Shown in pieces: positions 42,406-64,000 of a stretch of 64,000 nt of DNA. Position 1 is the stretch's first letter. Every line of letters starts with the position of its first letter. The notes under the pieces are model-generated. The model worked only from the letters and a program-made list of their open reading frames with translations, had not been told where the DNA came from and searched no databases. The position numbers and the translations under genes were made by a program. Source of the DNA: Lingula anatina (Eukaryota > Animalia > Brachiopoda); NCBI GenBank assembly GCA_051362555.1, contig CM120640.1, positions 34,119,967-34,183,966 of the forward strand, written 5' to 3'.

Positions 42406-44767
42406 TGTTTAACAATTATTGATTTGATAAATGGATGTTAATGGGTTCCTTTACTAAATAAACAAATTCTTGGGTCTGTTTTTTTTATATATATTATTCA
42501 TCCTTCCAGCTGCTCCAAGAGAAATTAAGTGAAAAAATGATGCAGAGAGAGAAGACAATGATGATGGAGCATGAGGACCAACTCAAATCTCTCCTCCAAA
42601 CTACTTCCAACAAAACCGCAGCCAGGTTCAAGGCCGTGTCGCTGAAGATAAAACAGGCAGCCGAGCTAGAGGCTATGAAGTTAGTATTCAGTGTGCACTA
42701 GTTGAACTACTAGTTTTTCTCTTTATCTTTCTTGCATATTTTTTTGCCACATTTTAATACATTTATGAACAAAAGAATTACAGATTTATCCACATCTGGT
42801 AATTTTTTTTTAAAGTAATTGCCTTTTATCAAAATATTTAGTCACAATTAACTGTTTATTTGTTTCTTGTCTTGAGTTTTTAAAATACCAGCATAATTTG
42901 AATAGCTATAAAAAGATGGTAGACTTTTTCTATAAAAATTTGATATGCATAATTTTCATGCTTGTTTTTGAACAAATAATGATCTCTGAAATTTAATATT
43001 ATAATTCAGAAATGACGCAGTCACAGAAATGAACCAGAAGATTGAGAGCATGAAAAGAGAATTCAATATGAAGCACATGCAGGCCGTTCAACAGAAGGTA
43101 GGCATTTAGTTCCTACATTTTCTTCAACTTGATGATATATTTATATTTAAAATTTCATGTTTTTATTTTAATAATTTATTGCTTGGTTATTGTAGTAAAT
43201 TGCCACAGAGTTGAATGCTTGATATCAAAATTTTGAGTTTTTATAAGTTTTTGTTGTTGGTTCATATGTTTCAGACTTTAAAGAAACAAAATAATTTCCT
43301 ACATTATTTAAACAACCCCAAAATTATGCACATTTGGATTTTCTTCCAGGAACTTGAATTTATAAGTGGTCTTGTGAAGGTTGGTCAATTCAATGAGAAG
43401 GAGGTTGCTGACATGATCAACTGGCTCTTCCCAATGAAGGACACTGAGGAAAAGAATAAGCTTCTCCAGATGGTGTATCAAGGGGATGATGCCAGCAAGA
43501 AAAATGAAAGGTACGATAATATACAGGGCACTTAGGATATGAGTGAAAAAATATTTTAGGAAACAAAAATTGCTCCTTCAATGCAGGAGACAAATGTAAT
43601 GACAACATTTTTATTGAAGTCACACTTGTGTTTTTTTTTAGTTTTCTCAATCTATTGCTTAGCTTATTTTGATAAAATGTGTTAATGAGGAGTTTATTTT
43701 CAGTTATTGACCTGACAGATAAACTATTAAAATGAATTCTCAACATAAAGAAGAATCAAAATCACCAATGTTTATTGAAATTTGAAGAAAAAAATAAGTC
43801 CTAAAGCATTAATTATATAATTTATTTATTACAAGTATTTATAGAGGGCACGATAATGCTAATTTACTACTACTGCACTCCAGGTAGAAGATGGGCAGTA
43901 TTAAACTAGATTAAACCATCAATTAAGGTAAACATAACTGTTTGGTTGGCTGGGTCTTTATATGTATTGTGGAGTTCTGGTGCTCTGTGTGGATACGTAC
44001 TTGAACTGGGCCTCACAATACCTTTTTCTGTGTCTTTAACTACGTCCAGTCTTATAACCCACCCCACTTCTCTATGTCTGTCTGTAGGCCTAAAACTGGA
44101 CTTGGAGAGCGAGCACGTTTGGCAACACTAGCGCATGTCACACCAGAAGCTTCCAGAAAAACTAAGTCAGCCAAGAAAAGGTAAAATTTTGTTGTTTGGC
44201 TTTGCTTGTATTAACTTGCTGATATTCCTATTTCACTTGTGTTGTAGCATCTGATACAAAATTTGTTTGAAATGTTTTAAATAAAGCAGATATGAAATCA
44301 CTGAATGATTAATTTATGGAGGATGCTTTTCTTTTTGCCATAATACTTTTTGGGTACAGATTTTTGTAGTCTCAATATTAAATTTGTGAATATTTCAAGT
44401 TACATGTTTTCATCTCTTCATTTGTAGATTTTGAAATCTCTACTTTTACAGGAAACAGTTATTTAGATTTAAATAGCAGTATAGTTTTTGGTTTTTGACA
44501 AAACAGCAGTTCTGTCACTAAATATGTGATAATACACACTCCATGTCTTAAGCCTTTGTGAAATTACCTTTCAAACAGCAGCTAGGAATGCTAGTGTCGT
44601 GAGCCATCTTGCTTTCATTGTAACTGGTTTCATTCATTATTTTTACCAGTGCCAAGAAAAGACAACCCAGTGCCAGTGCAAGAAGAAATTCTGGATTAGA
44701 TGAAGAGGGGGGTTTGCCACCAGTGTCGGCCAAAGGTAGAAGGAAAGGCTCAGCACAAAGACGATAA
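29724..44767 (+). CDS. EVC2: EVC2/limbin-like type I membrane protein, about 1656 aa
   Basis: 29 phase-consistent coding exons (4971 nt): 29724-30494, 31172-31430, 31815-32000, 32367-32632, 32940-33083, 33239-33449, 33889-34025, 34705-34773, 35093-35236, 35506-35576, 35826-35903, 36260-36503, 36772-36852, 37177-37287, 37568-37702, 37997-38166, 38770-38929, 39155-39227, 39439-39743, 39949-40046, 40385-40586, 40742-40885, 41334-41435, 41813-41992, 42510-42679, 43010-43097, 43350-43510, 44088-44180, 44650-44767. Signal peptide; TM preceded by HGLTALSFFLALLLG, resembling vertebrate EVC2 HGLHAAGFFIAFLL as recalled; then DPLQKNRALDSIDIA..DTEIEKQR..MLIESLRKNGDIS and GELNQQQADWIINEH, resembling the EVC2-like domain; long coiled coil. 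Confidence 0.85.
32698..32838. repeat. Compound (AAT)n/(GAT)n/(AAT)n/(AAG)n microsatellite
   Basis: Directly visible in an EVC2-like intron. Confidence 0.97.
42147..42402. repeat. Poly-T run (about 42147-42189) and (TA)n (about 42355-42402)
   Basis: Directly visible simple repeats in one intron. Confidence 0.95.
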
Positions 44768-45041
44768 CAAGCAATCTCAATGCTGAAACATTCCATTTGA
44801 TGTAGATATATAGTGGACTATCACCAAATATTGTTAATACCATTTTATTTATAATTTTTTTGTTATAGCTTGTGGAGAAAGATGTTGAAGTTGGTTTACT
44901 TAGTACAGATATGTAAAATATGTCTGTAGAGAGCTTAACACTGTTAGAATGTGTAGAAGTTTTAATTAATTCAATACCAAGTAATATGAATGATCAAAGC
45001 TGCATGCATATGTGCAGATTTATCTCATATTTATACACCAT

Positions 45042-45137
45042 TATTAGAGATGATTATTGTATAGTTTTACATTTGTGTAATATATTAGTATTAGAGATGA
45101 TTATTGTATAGTTTTACATTTGTGTAATATATTAGTA
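45042..45137. repeat. 47-bp tandem duplication in the EVC2-like 3' UTR
   Basis: tattagagatgattattgtatagttttacatttgtgtaatatattag occurs at 45042 and 45089. Confidence 0.93.
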
Positions 45138-46492
45138 TGTATATATATTAAGGTATTTTTATTATAAATATTTTTACAAAGTATTGTGGATTTTTACAGT
45201 TGCTATTGTATATATTTTACACTATTACTTTGGTCAAGTTCAAACAAATTTACATCATGTCTGTGCCTACATTTTTTTTTTTTGTTTGGATATAAGATTG
45301 TGCATAGTACCCATCCAATAAGTGATTTTAAGATAACATTCCATTTTTATACTGATGTTTAATTTATAGCTAGTTGTACATATTGACCTGCTATGTATTG
45401 TGTACACAATAAATGTCAGGTGATGGCTATTTTGTGAAGACATTCCAGGATTTTACAGTCAGTAAAGATTTTTTTTTTAGATCTTGCCATGTATTCAGTA
45501 TACATGAAAGGAGTGATACATTTTTTTTTTACAAAAAGAATATTTTTTCTTGCAGTGTAATTTTCAATGCTTTTTTTTTATAGATCATAACTACTCAGAT
45601 AAATTTTATATCTTTCCCTTTAACATTTTGTAATTATACGTGATGTTATACATCTATAATATGTAACAGCGAGTCAGATTAAACTGACGATATTCTGTAC
45701 ATGTAAGTGAGCATGTATACCAATGGGTAATACTACATTTCTGTGATATTTTTTATTTCCTCCATTTCAATTTACTTATGTATTTATGATGAACTGATAT
45801 TGATGTTCTGGATTTCAGAGTTATTGTGTAAATTCTACTCCAGCATATGCGAGAGATATTTAAACAGTATCTTATAGACTAGTAAATACTCTGAAACGGG
45901 GGGCAGATGTAGATTAATTCCTTTTCAAATAATTAACAGCACAATGTCTAATTGTGATACTGATCTCTATAGCATTGAAATAATTTAGCAATACATTGAT
46001 ACTCTGATATTCAGGTTTTTTTATTGGTTTATGTAATGGGTAAAATAAAGTAAAATAAACAGTGGCAGTTGTAGTATTTTTCTTTATTCATTTCTAAAAT
46101 TCTAAGAGAAAATAAAGTGACTAAAAACATAACATACAATATAAATAACAGACAGAAATATTGTGACAAAATTTGGTAAATAAAAATCAAATAAAGCAGA
46201 CAGATATCTTTAAAATAATAGGTGTGAGTAAGAATCTGCTTACCACTTGTAGCAATCCTTTCAAATATGCAAAATAAAAATAAAATTACCCTTTGCATCG
46301 GATCCTCAGTATCCTCAACCATTTTGTAACTACACTTTTGTACCAACTTTTTCCTTATATTCTTTACATGCCCACTATAAAACTAAAAGTTTATTCACTT
46401 CTGAAAATTATTTTCAAACGCAGACCCTGCTCTTCATTTGTTTTGATATAATGGCGAAAAAAGTTCTGAGTCACAATTATAAGTCATAAAAG

Positions 46493-58630
<12,138 letters not shown>

Positions 58631-59005
58631 CACCAACCATGCTCCAGATTCCTGAAGAGGGAAACTTTAATTTAAAGGGCATACCTCACTCCAAAATGTT
58701 TACAATGCTCCTAAATTATATATGTTATGTACGTAAAAGTCTGCACAACTTTTGGTCTATTATTTATCTATCAGTCGATGTGCACGCTGAGCATCAAACT
58801 ACTTTTTCCCTGGTGGTGATAAGGCTTAAATGTGTATGGAATGAAGTTGGCGAAAGCTAGCAATACAAATGTCATCTAATGTACATGTAGGACCACACTC
58901 AGACGGGTAAGAAAGGGATGAGTTCAATTATTTAAACTTAAGCAAAAACTACGATTATTGAACACGCAATCATCAACGTAAAAACGTGTCCTTAGCTGTA
59001 TTTAC

Positions 59006-59504
59006 CTTCTCTATTTAATAACAATCCACCCAAAAATCGCAATATCAACTTAATGTCTATTTGATTCATCCGCTTGGCGCCTCTATGCAAATTCGATAGC
59101 GTGAGAAAATTCAAAATATTATAAAAACTATAACATAAATTAAAATATTAGCATTTGTTTCTATTTATCTTTTTAAATCCCCCTTTCTGTTTAAATAAGT
59201 CTGTATGCGAAACAATCAATTTGATATATTGAAATCTTAAGTAGAAATATTTTAGGAGGAATACACTTGCGGCAGTTTCGTATTATCGTAATAAGATAAT
59301 ATTATCGTTAACTGCAATAGCACCACGAAAAATTGAAATATGTAACAAAAGGTTTTATACATTCAACGGAAAGTTTTAAATAACAAAATATTCTGATAAC
59401 TAAACACTAAAATTTTTGAAAACACTTGAGTTATAATATATGCTTATTGTCGCAAATTGAGTACCGACTTACGATCTCTTCACGCCATATTTGCTTGAGA
59501 TCGG
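59006..59504. promoter_or_regulatory. Divergent promoter BLM / RPL36 with non-coding first exons
   Basis: BLM leader donor AAG|GTAAA at 59006/59005; E2F-like TTGGCGC at about 59074-59080. RPL36 TCT/5'TOP-like CTCTTC at about 59476, YY1-like CGCCATATT, donor after 59504, acceptor at 59977. Confidence 0.6.
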
Positions 59505-59981
59505 GTAGGGGATTTTAAACGTTTTTATAAATCCTCAATCATCGCCTTACAGGAAACACATTTTCAATTTTTGAAAAGACAGACGAAAACAATTAACATT
59601 TGCCCCTTTTGTCAAATTAGTCATTGGCTTCTGAATTATCAATGCACAGAGTAAAAAGTTGTAAAACACATACTGCGTCTATAGGATAAGCATACCCATT
59701 TTCATTAACGTTTCTACAGCATTTGGTGCCTCATATATCAGTGTAGATGTCATACATGAATGTTGCTACATTTCAAGTAGTAAAACACCCATCAAAAAGA
59801 TAACGGCGACAGTAATATTTAAGGCTCTTAATACCACAACTTGGCATCAGTTCTAGAGGTTCCTTTGTAAATGTTCGTGCAGTTTTTTTGAGAGGTGTGA
59901 TAGATCCCTTTTTAACATATGATTGTAATGAATATAGAAGATTGCTTTATTTTTCTTTGTGCATTTTTCTTTTACAGCAAA

Positions 59982-62663
59982 ATGGCAATTCGATATGAAA
60001 TGGCAGTGGGCCTTAATAAAGGCCACAAAGTCACCAAAAATGTCATGAAACCCAGACCTTCAAGGAGAATTGGGGTAAGTAATGGTGTTGTGTAAACTTA
60101 TATCTTAGGTATATTCATTTTGATGGATTTTGAAATGCACATCTGAACCCAGACCAAAACCAAAATTGAGTTAAATAGTGAGATGCATAATCATTGCATG
60201 AAACCTTACAATACTGTAGCAGTTACAGTAGCACTGACCTACATGTGGCTAGGGGCGTGTGGCTAGTATATCAAGATTCTTCATGTCACTGCATCAAACA
60301 TACAAACTTGCCGTTATATTTGTACCATGTGATACATTTGCTGAGGTAATCGGCCTCTAGCACCCCAAGCATATTTTGTATTCACTGTTGTGCTTGAATC
60401 TAAATGATACGATTAAAATGGATGTGAACATTATTTCTATTGCTAACCTGGCCCCGTTTCTAAATATCAATTTTATTGCAGGTTCTGAACAAGCACATCA
60501 AGTTCATCAGAGACATTGTGCGCGAGGTGTCGGGATTTGCTCCATATGAAAGAAGGTGCATGGAATTGTTGAAGGTGTCCAAGGATAAGAGAGCTCTAAA
60601 GCTGGCAAAGAAGAGGGTAAGTAGTGATGTTTAAGGGGGAACAGTGCAATGATCTAGTTGCTAAGTTGAATGAGGGGTAATTAGTACTTTTTTCCTACCT
60701 TTGTACTTTTTATGTACAGACACAGATGTGTCTGTACATATAGCCATCATCTGCGTCTGTCGTCGCCGTCGTCGCCGTCGTGCACTTTTACCGATAACAC
60801 GATAAGTGGAAAACCATTTTACCTTTTGACTTGAAACTTGCAGAACTGATGAATATTCATAATACGCAGGTCAAGTTCGAAAATCAGCATGATCGGGTCA
60901 CTTTTAGGGAATTTATGCAGTTTTTTCACTTTTTTCAGCATATATGCAGCACCGATAACACGATAAGTGGAAAACCATTTTACCTTTTGACTTGAAACTT
61001 ACGGAACTGATGAATATTCATAATACACAGGTCAAGTTCGAAAATCAGCATGATTGGGCTATTTTTAGGGAATTTATGCTGTTTTTTCACTATTTTCAAT
61101 ATAAATGCAACACTGATAACACAATATAAGAAAAACGGATTGGCCAATTGTAATTATACTCACAGGAGTGGTCAATCTTACTAAAACGCAGGTTGAGTTC
61201 GAAAATCAGCATAATCGGGCCATTATTTTAGAAGTAATACTGTTTTTTTCACATTTCCTCAGATTCAATTCTTAAGCATGTTAACAGTCTCATTATTTAA
61301 CTAATAAGATGCCTAAAAGTGTTTGTTTGATATTTCCTGCATCTTTACAACATTGTTAGTTGATTATGTAAAAAACATGGTAAACTTGTTATCATGTATT
61401 GTGTAATAAAGTGTCAAAAATGGAAATAAACTCATATCATTGCAGTTTGTCAGATTCAATCATCCACTATGTTTAGAATCTCAGAATGGAGGAAATTGGA
61501 CATTTAACACTGTTCTATTGATACTTTTCCCATCTCATCAATTTTTTTAGTTGGTCATATAAAAATGGCAGTAAAATGTTTATTTTGTTTTATGTTAAAA
61601 AAGTGTTAAAAATGGAAATAAACCCATTTCAGAACAGTGCTGTCTTGTTTACATTTTGGCATTTTCAAGGCGTGACTTTGAAGTTCCATGGGCCTGAAGA
61701 CCTTTGCTAGTCACATTTTCTGAATATCTGTGATACAAATATTTTATAATTAAAAATTGATGGTCATTAAGCTGTTAAACATTATGTAATATTGCATCAA
61801 AATTTGAAGAAACCCCTATTTTGGGCACTGCTTCCATGATGACCATTTAAGGAAAATCATGTCACTTACTGTTCTCAAACTTACAGGAAAGAAACATGGG
61901 ACTAAAATAAGCTTCAGTAGGCAATGCAGTCTGTTTTTTTTTTTTTTTTTTTTTTTTTGGCAGTTAAACAGTTTTTTGTGAAAATTTAATTTTTCACATA
62001 TTGGCATTTTCAAGGTGTGACTTTAAAGTTCCATGATCTTGAAGACTTTTGCTTGTCACATTTTCTGAATGTCCATGTTACTAATATTTTATTAATAACA
62101 TTTGATTGTCATTATGCTGTTAAACATTATTTAATGTTGTATCAAAATTTGAAGAAACCCCTATTTTGGGCACTGCTCTTATGATGACCATTTAAGGGAA
62201 ATCATGTCACTTACTGTTCTCAAACTTATAGGAAAGAAACATGGCACTAAAATACAGCTTCAATAGGCAACGCAGTCTGTTTGGTAAATTTTTCTGGCAA
62301 TTTAACAGTTTTTTGTGAAAATTTAATTTTTCACTTATTTGCATCTTTATTTTCTGTTCTTTGTCTGTACATTTGACAGCTTTGCTGCCTTGTTCTAAAT
62401 GGGTAGTGGCATATTGTTAACTCAAATATTTTAATTTTGTATTATTTTGATGTCCATTTCTGTGATTCAGTAGAAAAGCTTCAATAAAGTCCAATTGTGA
62501 AATTTCTTTTAAATATTTTGAAAAGATTTATGCTCAGTATGATTACTGTGTAACTTAGTTTTACATTTTCTATTTTTAGCTGGGCTCTCACAAACGTGCA
62601 AAGAGGAAGAGAGAAGAAATGCAAAAGATTATCCAGGCACAGAGAAAGGCTGCTCACAAGTAG
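59982..62663 (+). CDS. RPL36: 60S ribosomal protein L36 (eL36), 103 aa
   Basis: Exons 59982-60074, 60482-60616, 62580-62663: [77 protein letters not shown]. Absent from the ORF track because the exons are short. Confidence 0.97.
60707..62394 (+). mobile_element. Non-autonomous Helentron/HINE (DINE-1-like) element with internal tandem arrays, in an RPL36 intron
   Basis: T-run, 5' hairpin tatgtacagacaca-ga-tgtgtctgtacata (60711-60740), CGTC-type microsatellite (60753-60780), 161-bp units at 60790, 60951 and 61112, units of about 345 bp at 61656 and 62001, 3' subterminal inverted copy tgtctgtacat (62362-62372), then a short hairpin gacagc-ttt-gctgcc. Confidence 0.75.
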
Positions 62664-63407
62664 ACCAACAAATCATGAACTGTCATATTCTGGGTCTTTT
62701 CTGTACACTTTTGAATTAAACTGGATTAAAATAACTGGATGTACATACGGAAAAAGTCTTGTTTTTCTATTTTTAAGTATCCGGAATCAAAAAGATTTCT
62801 CAAATACATGCAGTCCTACTGAAAAGTAATGGTGTTGACGTAACAAACCACTTTACTTCCAAGATAAGGCGAAGGTTGCTTAAGTAGAGCATTTCTTTTT
62901 TTTGTCCAACTATATAACCAAAAGTTCAGCACGTTGTGAACACATATTGTCGTGGTGAAGCAAGCATAAATGCATGCGAAAAAAATATGCAGTGGTTGTA
63001 GAAAAATGAGCTCAAGTTATACATTCCAAAATATAATTGTAGATGCTCACATATTGTGCTTATCCCTCTGCACATAACTCACAAAGCACACCCAATTTTC
63101 AGACATCTTTAATCCATAAACAGAAAATGTTTTGATTACCAGTCAGTCATTATTATAGAGCCCAACTCCTCCACGCATAAATTAATATCAAAATTAAACT
63201 GTCTAGTTGGGCACATCAAAAAAGAAATAGAAATTCTTCACAACTGTGGCAGTTTGTCACTTGCACTCTTCATAATTACCAAATTGTACATAGTCAATTA
63301 TTAATACAATACACCACAGCATAACATAAGATTAATAAGTACTTGAGAGCAAAAATATAAGACATCAACACTGTTACTGTAGCAGTGATTGTACTTAAGC
63401 ATAAATC

Positions 63408-63915
63408 ATAGAATGACACAAGAAGCTTTAAAATTTTTAAGTTGCAGAAAAAAACGTATACAACCCACAAACTTTGAAAGACCAGAAAAGTTAGCAAATC
63501 TGCTACAAACAACATGAAAATTTTTATACTGGCTAAGGTCTTATCATCATTCATAGAAGTGCTCCAGATGTGCTCTGTTCTGCTGAAGACGAATTCTTTG
63601 GGCAAAGTTGTCAATGGCCTTGATGCAATCTTTTTGTATAGGTCCAATTTCCAGAGTGATTGCTGTTCTGGGATGGTGCGGGGGTTTGTGTACACCCATT
63701 CCTTCAAACACCCCCACAAATAAAAATCTGGGGGGTTAAGGTGGAGAGAATGAGGAGACCACTTAAGTGACAATAATTTTTGCCACTAGAATTAGTGACA
63801 TTGTTTGTACCAGTTATTTTGCTAACTTCTCTAGCTTTCATTAAAATATATGGGTTGTATATAATTTTTTTAAAACAAAATAAATGGTGTTCACATTCTT
63901 GGGTTACACCCAGTA
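63408..63915 (-). mobile_element. Degenerate, internally deleted Tc1/mariner element
   Basis: WSPHSLHLNPPDFYLWGCLKEWVYTNPRTIPE matches the WP..SPDLNP.D..LWG.LK..VY transposase motif, with the catalytic Asp lost; degenerate inverted repeats at about 63447-63500 and 63817-63870; TA-CTGGGTG terminus at about 63915. The left boundary is approximate. Confidence 0.75.
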
Positions 63916-64000
63916 TATATACAATTATCTATAAAATACACAAAATAAAACAGTTATTGCAATTGAATGCTGTTAAGGGGATTGATATTTTTTTCACCAC

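Noticed and set aside
59110-59115. CHR-like TTTGAA (minus strand) near the BLM promoter
   Set aside because: Its order and spacing relative to the E2F-like site do not fit CDE/CHR, and the hexamer is common in AT-rich DNA.
59505-60481. Possible snoRNAs in RPL36 introns 1-2 (ACATTT ends, ANANNA boxes)
   Set aside because: The location is plausible, but I could not identify convincing paired hairpins or C/D boxes with a guide sequence by eye; needs an Infernal/Rfam search.
60790-61260. Regularly spaced repeats resembling a CRISPR array
   Set aside because: The whole 161-bp unit repeats with no unique spacers, the context is eukaryotic and there are no cas genes.

Overview
AT-rich, intron-dense animal (invertebrate, plausibly lophotrochozoan) genomic DNA, so the ORF track mostly shows exon fragments or noise. 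I rebuilt six spliced genes by hand, arranged as three head-to-head pairs: (1) the 5' part of a ferlin gene (-, runs off the left edge) with a p24-alpha TMED9/4-like gene (+); (2) an EVC-like gene (-, about 867 aa) with an EVC2/limbin-like gene (+, about 1656 aa); (3) a BLM RecQ helicase (-) with RPL36 (+). The best candidate for new biology is the EVC/EVC2 pair. The EVC2-like protein has an ectodomain of about 680 aa that looks like repeated beta-sandwiches and carries two adjacent furin-type sites. A motif resembling the vertebrate EVC2 C-terminus sits on the EVC-like partner instead. Other features: a candidate 18-nt ferlin microexon, a GC-AG intron, a duplicated segment that lost its exon, an inverted triplication, uORFs, two MITEs, a Helentron/HINE-like element with internal tandem arrays and a Tc1/mariner relic. 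Homology calls come from motifs I recall, not from database searches.
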